Assembly: GCF_009834535.1 (NCBI RefSeq)
Contig: NC_045698.1
Coordinates: 7,566,001-7,630,000, forward strand
Direction of reading: 5' to 3'
DNA: 64,000 bases
Origin: Camelus ferus
Taxonomy: Eukaryota
Position 1 is the first letter of the stretch; every line of letters starts with the position of its first letter. The notes beneath the pieces were generated by a model, which was not told the DNA's origin, did no database searches, and worked only from the letters and a program-made list of their open reading frames with translations. This document shows, piece after piece, positions 37,377 through 47,700 of this stretch. A program made the position numbers and the translations under genes.

Positions 37377-38849
37377 TCCTTCAGGTTTTTATTGGGCTTC
37401 AACTTGTCAGTCAGTCACAGGGTAACTGAGAAGCATTTTGAGGCATTTTTCAAAAGTAATTCAATAGCTGATAAAGGACATGGGGGTTAATTTTAGTCAC
37501 ATACCAGGTTACCCTTTAGCTAAGGATATTTGAAGAAAAAAAATAACCAGGCTGAATCATGGAAAAATTGTCCTCTTATCTTTATTTGGAAGTTAGAAAA
37601 TAGAAACTGCAAAAAAAGATGAGGGCGCTGCGACCGTGAATACTGATTTCCCACAGAATTGCAAATGTTGCGGGAGTTATTTATGAAAAGTGTATTTCAG
37701 CAGAGAAATGGGGGTGGAGGGTAAGGATAATTTTATTTCTGACTCTTACACTGAGTCGTTACTCGACCTTGTGCAAGCCACTTCCACATTCTGTGATTAT
37801 GGTTCCATACTGGAGGCAATAACATGGATCTTACACAAGAATTCAAATAGTTATTCAATATTGTGTCTTGGCATTTATCTCCTTGTGTAACATTTCTTAC
37901 AAGGGTATATGAATTGCTATAAGTTTGAGAAATAAACATGACAAAGGAATCAAGAATAAAGATGCTTTTCGCAAGATAAAATCATCTCAAGGGAGTCTGA
38001 AGTCAGAAATTGAAGAACAGCAAGTTTTGGTAGCTTTTTTTTTTCTTTCTTTCTTTCTTTCTTTTTCTTTTTTTTTAAATCTATTAAGGATTCAGTGGTA
38101 TTAGGACATTTTTTTTAACCCTTTTCCCTGTTAATTTTTGTGTGTGTGTGAAAGGCCCTTCAGGTGCCAGTATGTGGTATTTAGAGAGCTTAAATGACAG
38201 GTGACTAGCAGAAGGACATTGAGGTGTTACTCCTGCCACTTCCAGCCCAGGCATCTCTATTCAGCTCTCCACGTGGGGTCAGTCTGAGAAGGAGAATCTA
38301 TAAATGACTGAGCACTGGTCTTGGGGTCTTTCCGCCGAGGTGTCTCGACTCAGCCCGGTTACACATTAAATGTGCAACATCGGGGCAGCGCCATTCGCTC
38401 TGAGTCCCGGCACCCTCAACTGAAAGTGGGGGTGACAGCCCAGCCTCCTAGCACGTTCACAGGAGGTGTACGTGTGAGTGTTTGAAAATGCGTGGTCAAC
38501 TTTAAAGGAGTAAACACAAGTCTAACCAAAGCACACTCCTTGTTAGAGATTTTGGAGAAGCAGCCAAGTACACGTTTATTTTCAAATACAAGGCAGATGA
38601 TGACTGTTCTAGAACAGAAAGGAGACTCCCACTGGCCTGTGGGTGGGTAGGAATGGTGGTAATGAGCAGGTTTTGAGGGATGGGGAGTGGGGAATTGAGC
38701 CTTTCTGGTTGACAGGAGGTGGGAGGAGGGCGTTCCACACAGAGGAGAAGCAGAGAAGCACAGAAGGACGATAGCAGTTCATGTGCCAAGACAGTGATTT
38801 GTCCGCTCTGACTTGGGGGTGTGATATGCGTGGAAAGGTAACAGAGGAC

Positions 38850-39110
38850 TGGAAGGTCAGGTTTAAGGTTTAAGGTCCGGCTGAAGAAAGACAGCTGGAT
38901 TCTCACCTCTGCCTCTGCATTCAGTCTCTTGCAACATCACATCATGTAGGCTCTGGAAAACTTCCTTGTACGCTTGAGAGAATAAGAGTGGAAAACAGCA
39001 AATAACATTTCAGTATTACTTAAAAAAAAAAAGTTTTGACCTCATAGACCGCTTGAATGAGTCTAGAGAATTTCCAGGGTTCACTGGACCACACTTTGAC
39101 AACTGCCATT
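38850..39110 (+). mobile_element. hAT-Charlie relic (MER119-like)
   Basis: tctgcattcagtct...agttttgacctca...ggaccacactttgacaactg. Confidence 0.6.
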
Positions 39111-39520
39111 CTTTAGACACTTATTTAAGAATAAGAATAAAAAATATTTGGATTAAAAAACAACTACCATACTGTAGCCAGTGGTGACGTCAGCCTTACA
39201 ATTGGCTAGGACTGAGATGCCAGGTGGTATTGCCCCAGCGGTGGCCCAGGGCAGCAGGTGGACGCTCAGGGCCTCGCCTCTTCCAGGCTGACTCACTGGC
39301 ACTGGGCCAGCTGGGTCAGATGGGAGGGAGGCACGAGGTCGGCCTCCAGAATGACCTCAGCAGCCCCCACTGTCTGAGCTTCCCCACTCACCACAGCTGT
39401 TTCCGGATCCACAAGGCTTACATGCTGTGCTGTTTGTCTTCAAATAGGCAGTTTGAGCAATTTTAGAGTTTTGATAGTGTTGTTGACATCATTTTTTAAA
39501 AGGGCTGCTTTCACAGGCTT

Positions 39521-40234
39521 AAAAAATTGAGCTCTAATTGACATATAACATTATGTGAGTTTAAGATGTAGAGTGTGTTAATGTCATACATTTATACATG
39601 CAATATGATCACCACCTTAGCATAGCTAACATCTCTAACATGCCACATAATTATCATTTCTTTTTTTGTGGTGAGAACAGTTAAAATCTAGTCTCTTAGC
39701 AACTCTGAAGTTTATAGTACAGTATTGTGGTCTATAATCACTATCCTGTGCATTAGATCTCTGCGACTTATTTATATACTAGTTCCAAGCTTGTACATTA
39801 AACATCTGTCCCATCCCCTATCCCCCATCCCCCCACCGCCAGCCCCTGGTAACCACCAATTCTACTCTCAGTTTTTATGAGTTCACCTTTTTTTAAAGAC
39901 CACATATAAGTGATATCATACAGTAATTGTCTTTCTCTGTTTGAATTATCTCACTTAGCATAATGCTTTTCAGATCTATCCTATTCAAAATACCATCAAA
40001 AACAATAAAATACTTAGGGATAAATTTAACCAAGGAAGTAAAAGTTCTGTACAATGAAAAGTACGAGACTTTCATGAAAGAAATTGAATGACACAAACAA
40101 ATAGAAAGATACCCCACATTCATGGATTAGAGGGATCAATATTAAGATGTCCACACTACACGAAGTGATCTGTGGATTCGATGCAATTCCCATCAAAATT
40201 GTAATGGCATTTCCAACAGAACTGGAAAGCACAA
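39521..40234 (-). mobile_element. 5'-inverted L1MA-like insertion
   Basis: Reverse 3' UTR ~39521-39980 joined to a forward ORF2 segment ~39981-40234. TSD TTCACAGGCTT at 39510-39520 and 40235-40245. Confidence 0.85.
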
Positions 40235-41794
40235 TTCACAGGCTTTTAAGAGAGGAACGGCAAAAGTCTCAAACACGAAGTTGTTGGCCATGTTTTTCCT
40301 GCCAAATCTGCACGTTATGCCCTCTCTTGGTAGACCATATGAATGTTTTGACTACTTTCAGGAAATACTTTCTATGAATACAATGTATATACTTTGGAAA
40401 ACCTAAATAACAGCTTCCCAATAATCCAGCCACCAGCATTAGACTCTACCAATACTCTTTGTCTGTCCCTCCAGGCTTCCAGAAAAAGATAGATAAGGAT
40501 TTTTTTTTTAAACTGTCTCAATGATTGTCCCTCACTTTATGTTTGTCTGATGCTTCTCTCACTGTTAAACAGGGGTTATGGGTCTTGGGAAAGAAGGCTA
40601 TAGAAGTGAAGTGCCATTTTCATCACATTTTCATCAAGGGTACATGCTGTCAATCATCACTGAAGATATTAACTTTGATCACCTCACTGATAGAAGGGGT
40701 TTTAAATATGGTTATTTTATCGACTTAAGTTAATTTGTTTGTGAGTTCAGCTCTTCGTTAGGAATCAGTGTGTACACGGGCTAAATTTTTCACATCATAA
40801 CCCTGAAGCTGCCTAATAATTGACAAGAGTCTGTATTAATAAGCACATACCTGGCCATGATGCTGGAAGATAATCTTTGGGCTCTTCCCATCTCGGTTTT
40901 ATTCTCACTCACAGTGCTGGGCTTAGAGATGGCGAACAATTTCCTTTACAAATTTAAGGCCTATTTTCCCTGCTGAAATTACCTGGGCTTCTTTTTAAGC
41001 CATTTTTTCTCGACCAAGTGATTTCACATAATTGATTAATTATTCCATTCAGGCTGAAGTGTCTGTGTGTGACTTTGCCACCTAGAGAAGGCTGAAAATC
41101 ATGACTTCAGTCAGCATCCTAGTTCTTACCATGTTTGCAGAAAAGCCAGCTCTGTTCTTGTCCAATTTTTCAGAAAAAGTCCGAGCTTGGGAAACACAAT
41201 GGCTGTTAATCCAGATAAGAACAAATTCCAAGCCCATTTTTCAAGTTTGCAGGGACCCTCTGGGGCGCCATTCAGAGCTGTTCACTGACATAAATTAATA
41301 AATTGCCATTGGTCATGGAAAAGATAAAAGAAAATACAGAAGCTTCAGTAGCTTGCTGGAGACTTAGAACATGACCATTCATCTCCTTAACAAAGACCTG
41401 TGGAGTGTCGGGTAAAGAAAAGCTACGCTTAAGCTGGTCCTTGCAGGGCGCCCAGAAGAGGTAAAACCTGATGCGACATGGGACACAATATGGCGGAGGA
41501 ACCGCCGGGCGGGGCTTGGGTTTGGCTTCTTTACAGCTCCCCTGTCTCTTAAGGATGCTATTCTTCTTTCTTCTCCTTTCCTCCCCTCTCCCCAAACTTC
41601 TTTCCTCCCCCCACCTTTTTTTTTTTTTCCAGAAAGAGAAACCAGCTTTGAGTATTTATTGGAATATTGCAGAATCCTGGAAGAATTCCTGGAATTAAGG
41701 AGAGGGCTCCTACGGCCTCAGGAAGGAACATGGAGGCTCTAGAAATACCAACAACTGATCTTCTGTCTCTAAAACACTGCCTGAGGAGGACTCC

Positions 41795-42389
41795 CTGCCA
41801 TCGTTCATTTTGTGTGTCTACTTGGCTAGGCCACAGCACCCAGATGTTTGCTCAAACATTTTTCTAGATATTTCTGTGAAGGCATCTTTAAAATGAGGTT
41901 ACTGTTTAAATCAGTACGCTCTGAGCAAAGCAGGTTACCTTCCATAATGTGAATGGGCCTCATCCTACCAGCTGAAGTCCTTAATAGAAAAGAGAGTGAC
42001 CTCAGAAGAAGAAGGAATTCTGCCAGCAGACAGATCACCTTCAAACTTGGACTGTAGCTTTTCCCCTGGGTCTCCAGCTTGCTGATCTACCCTGCAGATT
42101 TCTTATTTATAAATATGTGTGGGTATATATATATATGTGAGTGTGTGTGTGTGTGTGAGTATATATATATAGAGAGAGAGAGAAATAAAAAATTGCATTT
42201 TTTAATAACTTGGAACCCTGCAGAGTTGTCAGCCCCCATAATTACATGAGCCAGTCCTTTAAAAGAACTCTGTTCCTCTCTCTCTCTCAGTCCATCTAGA
42301 TAGACTTGGATATGCATATGGATATGGGGATAGATGTAGCTACATCCCCTGTGGGATGTTCTGTTTCTCTGGAGAACCCTGACTAATAC
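41795..42389 (+). mobile_element. ERVL solo LTR (MLT2B-like)
   Basis: cttggctaggcca...gagcaaagcag...ccataatgtgaatgggcctcatcc...ttctgtttctctggagaaccctgactaataca. Confidence 0.88.
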
Positions 42390-42440
42390 ACGAAGCACAG
42401 CTGTTTTCAGTCACTGGCTGTCCACCCAAGGTTCGATTCA

Positions 42441-42559
42441 AGGTGGGTACAGGTAGAGGGTGTGCTTAGCGCACATGAGGGCCTGGGTTCAATGCCCAGT
42501 ACTTCCATTAAAAAATAAATAAGTAAACCTAATTGCCTCCCCACCCCACCCCTCAAAAA
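42441..42559 (+). mobile_element. tRNA-derived SINE (Vic-1-like)
   Basis: gcttagcgcacatgagggcctgggttcaatgcccag...taaacctaatt. TSD AAGGTTCGATTCA (42428-42440) / AAGATTCGATTCA (42560-42572). Confidence 0.85.
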
Positions 42560-42616
42560 AAGATTCGATTCAGCGTGCGACATCCTCAGAACGCTTGAAC
42601 TTAGGTTCTGTGCTCT

Positions 42617-43082
42617 TGTTGATGGAAAGCAAAATGCACAGCTTGAGTTGTGAGCTTCAGTTTTATTCAGGAACCTAACTGAGGACTGTGGCCCAAGAAC
42701 AGCCCCTCAGCAGCTCTGAGGGGACTGCACTGAGGAGATGGGGGAGAAGCCAGTATGCACCTGAGTTTTGGCTGGGAAATACATGCAGTCAAGCACACAC
42801 TCAGGAAAAGGTAACTGCTAGTCACCGGGAACAGATACCTCAATTAATGATTTTAGTGCTTTTCTACATATGAGAAGATGCAAGGAGGGGAGTTCATTAA
42901 AATTCTTCCCGAAATATACATCTAACTATCTGAGGGGCTTGTTTTCCTGAAGGACAGGGAGCCTCATCCTGTTTTTTGCCCTGAGTTCCTTTCAGGGGGC
43001 ACTGTCGTTCAGTAACTGCAGTGGCTGATGACTTGGTCCTTGTAGAACTAACTGGGTGGTGGGCAACATTCTTTGTTTTACA
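42617..43082 (-). mobile_element. ERV1 solo LTR (MER41/MER4-like)
   Basis: TG...CA termini, 4-bp TSD CTCT (42613-42616 / 43083-43086), minus-strand AATAAA near the left end. Confidence 0.8.
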
Positions 43083-44539
43083 CTCTCGATGACCTTTCTG
43101 GGTGCTGATAAGTCAGCTGGAGTGGATGGAACATTTGCAACCAGTGAGCTAAACAAAGGAGGAACTCTGTTAACTGACTAATCAGGCTGAGAAGATCTCA
43201 AATAATGTAAATTTGACGAGGCTCTGTTATCCATCATACAACGTTACTGATCCTCTCTGTCTGGGTTTTCTGGAATTTGATGACAAGAGATAAGGACACT
43301 CCTGTTACCCACTGTTTGCTCCCTGGGGTATGTTCACCTTTAACCTCATCCTTTGTCTAACACCAAGTTGTAAAACATGTTTAAGAGAATTGCATCAGGT
43401 CCTAAACCTGCACCCAGTAAGAAATAGTGTTAGTTCAAAAATCATACCTACCGTTTATAACTCAGGCTGCAAAATGACCTCGCTGGCCTTGTATCAATTT
43501 AACTCTCTTCCATAGATTGTATATCTTGTAGAAAATCTTTCACTTGTTGGAAGATTCTCAGACCCCGAGGTCTCGTTTTTCTCCTTTCACACTTGCAGAC
43601 TGCACGTAAATAAAAAGCACCTCCTCTAATGGGTTCATGACACACATGGAAGCTTTGCTCTTCCTCCTTCTCCCCACAGCCACCCCCTTTCTGACACTGC
43701 CCTGCCGGCCTTTCTGATACTGGAATCTGCCTGTCCCACGAGACACAGTGTTCACTCCAGGCTCTGCATCGACTGCCCTAGGCTCTCTGTTTTCTCCCTG
43801 GGGCTCTTTCCCAACGTTTCCAGCTTTCACTTGCATGGCTGGGGAACTGAGTGGTCCTTGAGATCCCAGCAGCTGAGAGACAAAAAGGAACCCCGTATTT
43901 ATCAACCTGTCCCACGAGGTGGTCCTGATAGACGTATGCTGGCCCCAAGCCTCCCTCTTGGAGCCCCTGTCCTTCTTACCACCCTACGGTTATTATGACA
44001 GGAGGTCGGAGGCACCGTTAGCTACCCCGCTCTGAGGGTCAGTCTAGAAATCTGAAGACTAGGAAGGGGTTAATTAACTTCAAGACTTTATTTTATTCAA
44101 TGGATACTTTTGAGGGCCTACCCTGTGCCAGACACTTTTCTAGAAATTGAAGGTAAGACCTCAGCTTTCTTAGCGCTTTTATTCTAGATGACTGGAGGCT
44201 GAGATTGTGTTGGTGACAAGTGACAGACACAGGCTTCTGATATTCTCCTCTAAAACAAACTGAAACACAGGCTAACTCCCCAGTTTCTGAAGCTCTGTGA
44301 TGTTAATACGCTGTGTTTCTGCACAAATACCAAATAAAGAGTTCCTTGGGACACATTTTAAAAGAGAAAATTCAGGTGTCGTGGTGTTTCTGGTTCTCTG
44401 TTTATGTCAGGCAAGTCCCTTCAGGAAGAAACTTCGCGGCTGGAGGGACTGTCTTGCATGCACTTTATCCTTTTCAGGTGTTGCCCAGACCCCAGGGTCC
44501 AGGGCAGGTCTGGTAGCGAGCGTCTCTCCCCCTCTGGAG

Positions 44540-44752
44540 CAGGGGTGGACAAACTACAGCCCATGAACCAAGTCCAGCCACTGGTTTTTTAAATAAAATT
44601 TGACTGACAGGCAGCTATGTGCATTCATCTACGTGTTGTCTGTGCTGCTTTCCTGCTGCATTGGCAGACTCGAGTAGCTGCAGCCGGTGTGGTAGGGGCT
44701 CAGAGCCCAAATATTTATTATTTGACCCTTTACAGAAAGTCAGCAGACTCCT
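44540..44752 (+). mobile_element. MER58A-like hAT MITE
   Basis: caggggtggacaaactacagccc...aaatatttattatttgaccctttacagaaag. Confidence 0.8.
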
Positions 44753-44758
44753 TGAGAA

Positions 44759-44933
44759 CAATGGTTCTCAAAGTGTGGTCCCCGGACCAGTAGCAACTAC
44801 ATCACCCGAGACCTTGTAAAGAAACGGAAGCTCCCTCCCTCCTCTAGATCCACTCGATCAGAAACTCTGGGGCGGGGCCGTTTGGTGAGCCCCCCAGGAG
44901 ATTCTGACTCACGCTGAAGTTGGAGAACCACTG
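44759..44933 (+). mobile_element. MER5A-like hAT MITE
   Basis: Inverted termini caatggttctcaaa ... ttggagaaccactg; internal atcagaaactctgggg. Confidence 0.82.
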
Positions 44934-46703
44934 AAAATACAATTTTTTCCTGTAATTTTTAGGGAAACTACCAGGAAGTCAGAACCCCGAAGCAGGTTTT
45001 GAATTCCTGATGTCTCCTCGTTTTTTCTCGCGATTGCTAGGAAAGTGACAGTTGCCTACTGAGATGCACTGGCTGCGGCATTTTAAGAGAAACTGTGTGA
45101 TGGCATTAATGATTAAGAATTGTGTTCACCACAGAAAGGATCATTAACTGAGTTTATAACACTTACGGGGGCTAATATTTAGCTCATTGATTTATGAACA
45201 TCACATCAATGTCCCTTTTAAAAGTTAAATCTCTTTAAATTAATTTTTGATCACAGTTGAGAAGACATTGACTGATTATGTGTATTAGTGCTCTGTGATC
45301 ACAGACAGCTCCCCACATCATCCCAAGGAGGCTGTGGATGGGGCTGATTTACAGATTCCCCGCGGAAGACACGAGAAAGGGAGGGAGATGACTGTGCCCC
45401 TCCTGTTGCAGGTAAGTTGTGACACTGCCTCTTAGGCTGCTGACTCTTGTCCAGCATCACCCTCCTCCACAGAGGAAACAAACCTGCATGTGGGCACACT
45501 GAATTTAAATGTTTGGGATTTCTGAAATGCAGTGCGAATGATGAAATGGAAGGGAGCCTTTAGTCCGCCGTTTGGAATAATGCATTTCCCTGGATACAGG
45601 GAAGAATTAGGAGCGATGAGATTCCCTGAAACTTCCTTGAACTTATGACAGGCCTGATCCTTGTTTCCAGGTACCCACACCTGAAAAATCTTCATGACCC
45701 AGCCTCTTCTCTACCTTCTCTTTAGATTAGTAAGTACTGCCGTGAGCTTTTTCTTTTACTTATGTTACCTGTATCTTCCAAGCAGATGGGATCTCTACGG
45801 CCAGCACGATGTTCTTTTGTTGTCTCATCAACTAAAGGACATGAGCGGTATTGCTGTCGTAGCTGATTAGGTGGAAGTTCATGATGAGGGCGGCCAAGGG
45901 AAAAGACCAGGTAATTTCAGGCCTTCCTACACGTATCCCATTGATTCTCAGAGGCTAGCACGTTGCTCTGGGGCTGGGCAAGACTTTTCAGGTGGGTCCT
46001 CACCTATTTTTATGCACAGACCTCATGTCATAGCTCATTGAGGAAAACGGCCTCATGTATATGCACCGGCCAGTGTTTATATAAAACAAAACAGCAGAAA
46101 ATGCCCGCTTTGTATTGAGCTGCTATTTCTTTCTTTGTAAGTGAAACTATGGCGTACCACAAATATGAGTTTGGACTTTGCAAAAATCTATACTTTGCTC
46201 CATCTTCACTCGGGGGAGCAGCCCCCGGGCGCTGGCAGCTCCCCGCACCTGCTGTCTGGCCGAGAAGCCGTGAGCAGCGGGCCAGGAACAGCTGCAGCTG
46301 CCCCGGCGTCTCCCCAGCCAGATCCGCGCAGCCCTGCTGCCGCTCGGACCCCCGGCAGCTGCCTGGGTGGCCACCTGCTCCAAAGGCCGCTCCGTGACTG
46401 TCAGCTGGAGCTTCTGGGCAGCGGGGGCGGGGCTCTGCTGTCAGGGCTGCTTGGATCTGGAGGGAAGCTGACTCTGGAAAAGACAAACCAATTCAACTTG
46501 TATTCCTTATCTTTCTTCTCTCATTTTCATCTGCAGAATCTTGAAATGAAGAAACTTTCTGAATTAGGTCCTACGCTTAGAACAACACAGACATGGACAC
46601 ATGGACATCCATGCATACACACTCGTGTGCACACACACCTTCCTTCTCGTGTTTGCTTCATGTGGGTAGTAAACACAGCTAAAGAATGTGTGTGTGTTTT
46701 ACT

Positions 46704-46827
46704 ATTTTTTTAAATTGAAGTACAGTTGATTTACAATGCTGTGCTAGTTTCAAGTATACAGCAAAGTGACTCAGTTATCCATATCCATCTATATATGTAT
46801 TATTTTCAGATCATTTTCCATTATAGG
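46704..46827 (-). mobile_element. Short L1 3' end
   Basis: ttttttaaattgaagtacagttgatttacaat...cagcaaagtgactcagtt...ttccattatagg. Confidence 0.85.
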
Positions 46828-47047
46828 CAAAGAATACTTTGAAGCTTGTCCATCCAGTTGGTCTAAACTAACCATCACTCATACTTTGGGGATGCTTTTA
46901 AAAGACAGATTTGGGGTCCTGTCCTGACCTTGTTGAATCCGTCTCTGGTGGGGACACCCAGGAGTCTGCGTTTACGACAGATAACAGTTTGGTCGTGACC
47001 ACCGCCGCCTCCGACAAGAGGCCACACATGTTCGGTGAGTGGGGACC

Positions 47048-47457
47048 TGTTTTAGTCTGCCCCGTGCTGCCGTAACAAAGTACCCCAGGCTGGGAGGCTT
47101 AAAAGACAGGCATTTATTGTCTCAGAGTGCTGGAGGCCAGAAGTCCAAAATCAAGAGACCTGCGGGGCTGTTTCCTTCTGAGGTCTGTGCGGAAAGGTCA
47201 GTTCCAGGCCTCTCTCTGTGGCTTGTAGGCGACCGTCTTCTCCCTGTGTCTCCCTCCGTGTCTGTCTGTTTCCAAATCTCCCTTTTTTATAAAGACATTC
47301 TGATGTCATATTGGATTGGGGGCCTCCGTAACGACCTCACTTCAATTTGATTATCTCTGTAAAGATGCTGTGTCCAAATAAAGTCATAGTCTGAGGTTCT
47401 GGGGGTCAGGACTCTAACGTATCTATTTGGGGGGGGAACACAATTCAGCCTCTAACA
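47048..47457 (-). mobile_element. MaLR solo LTR (MLT1B/C-like)
   Basis: TG...CA ends with perfect 5-bp TSD GGACC (47043-47047 / 47458-47462). Confidence 0.9.
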
Positions 47458-47514
47458 GGACCCCTTCATGTCATAGGTGGCTATGCTGAGAATATTCCAT
47501 GAGAATAAAGTGAT

Positions 47515-47700
47515 CACAGCTGACGTTATTGGGTGCTTATTAAATGTTTGATGTGCATTATTCAATTTTAACCTTCACAGCAAACTTTGAAGAAGATGCT
47601 ATTATGTTTCCCAATTTAGAGATGCTAAAACTGAGGCTTCAAGAAATTGGATAAGTTGTCCAGGACCTCACAACTAGCAGATGGCAGGGGAGGGCCCAGC
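47515..47700 (-). mobile_element. MIR relic
   Basis: ttcacagcaaactttgaag...aatttagagatgctaaaactgaggct. Confidence 0.6.

Noticed and set aside
42895..42955. STAT1 GAS sites in the MER41-like LTR
   Set aside because: Only TTC-N2-GAA spacings (ttcccgaa, ttcctgaa) are present, not the TTC-N3-GAA consensus.
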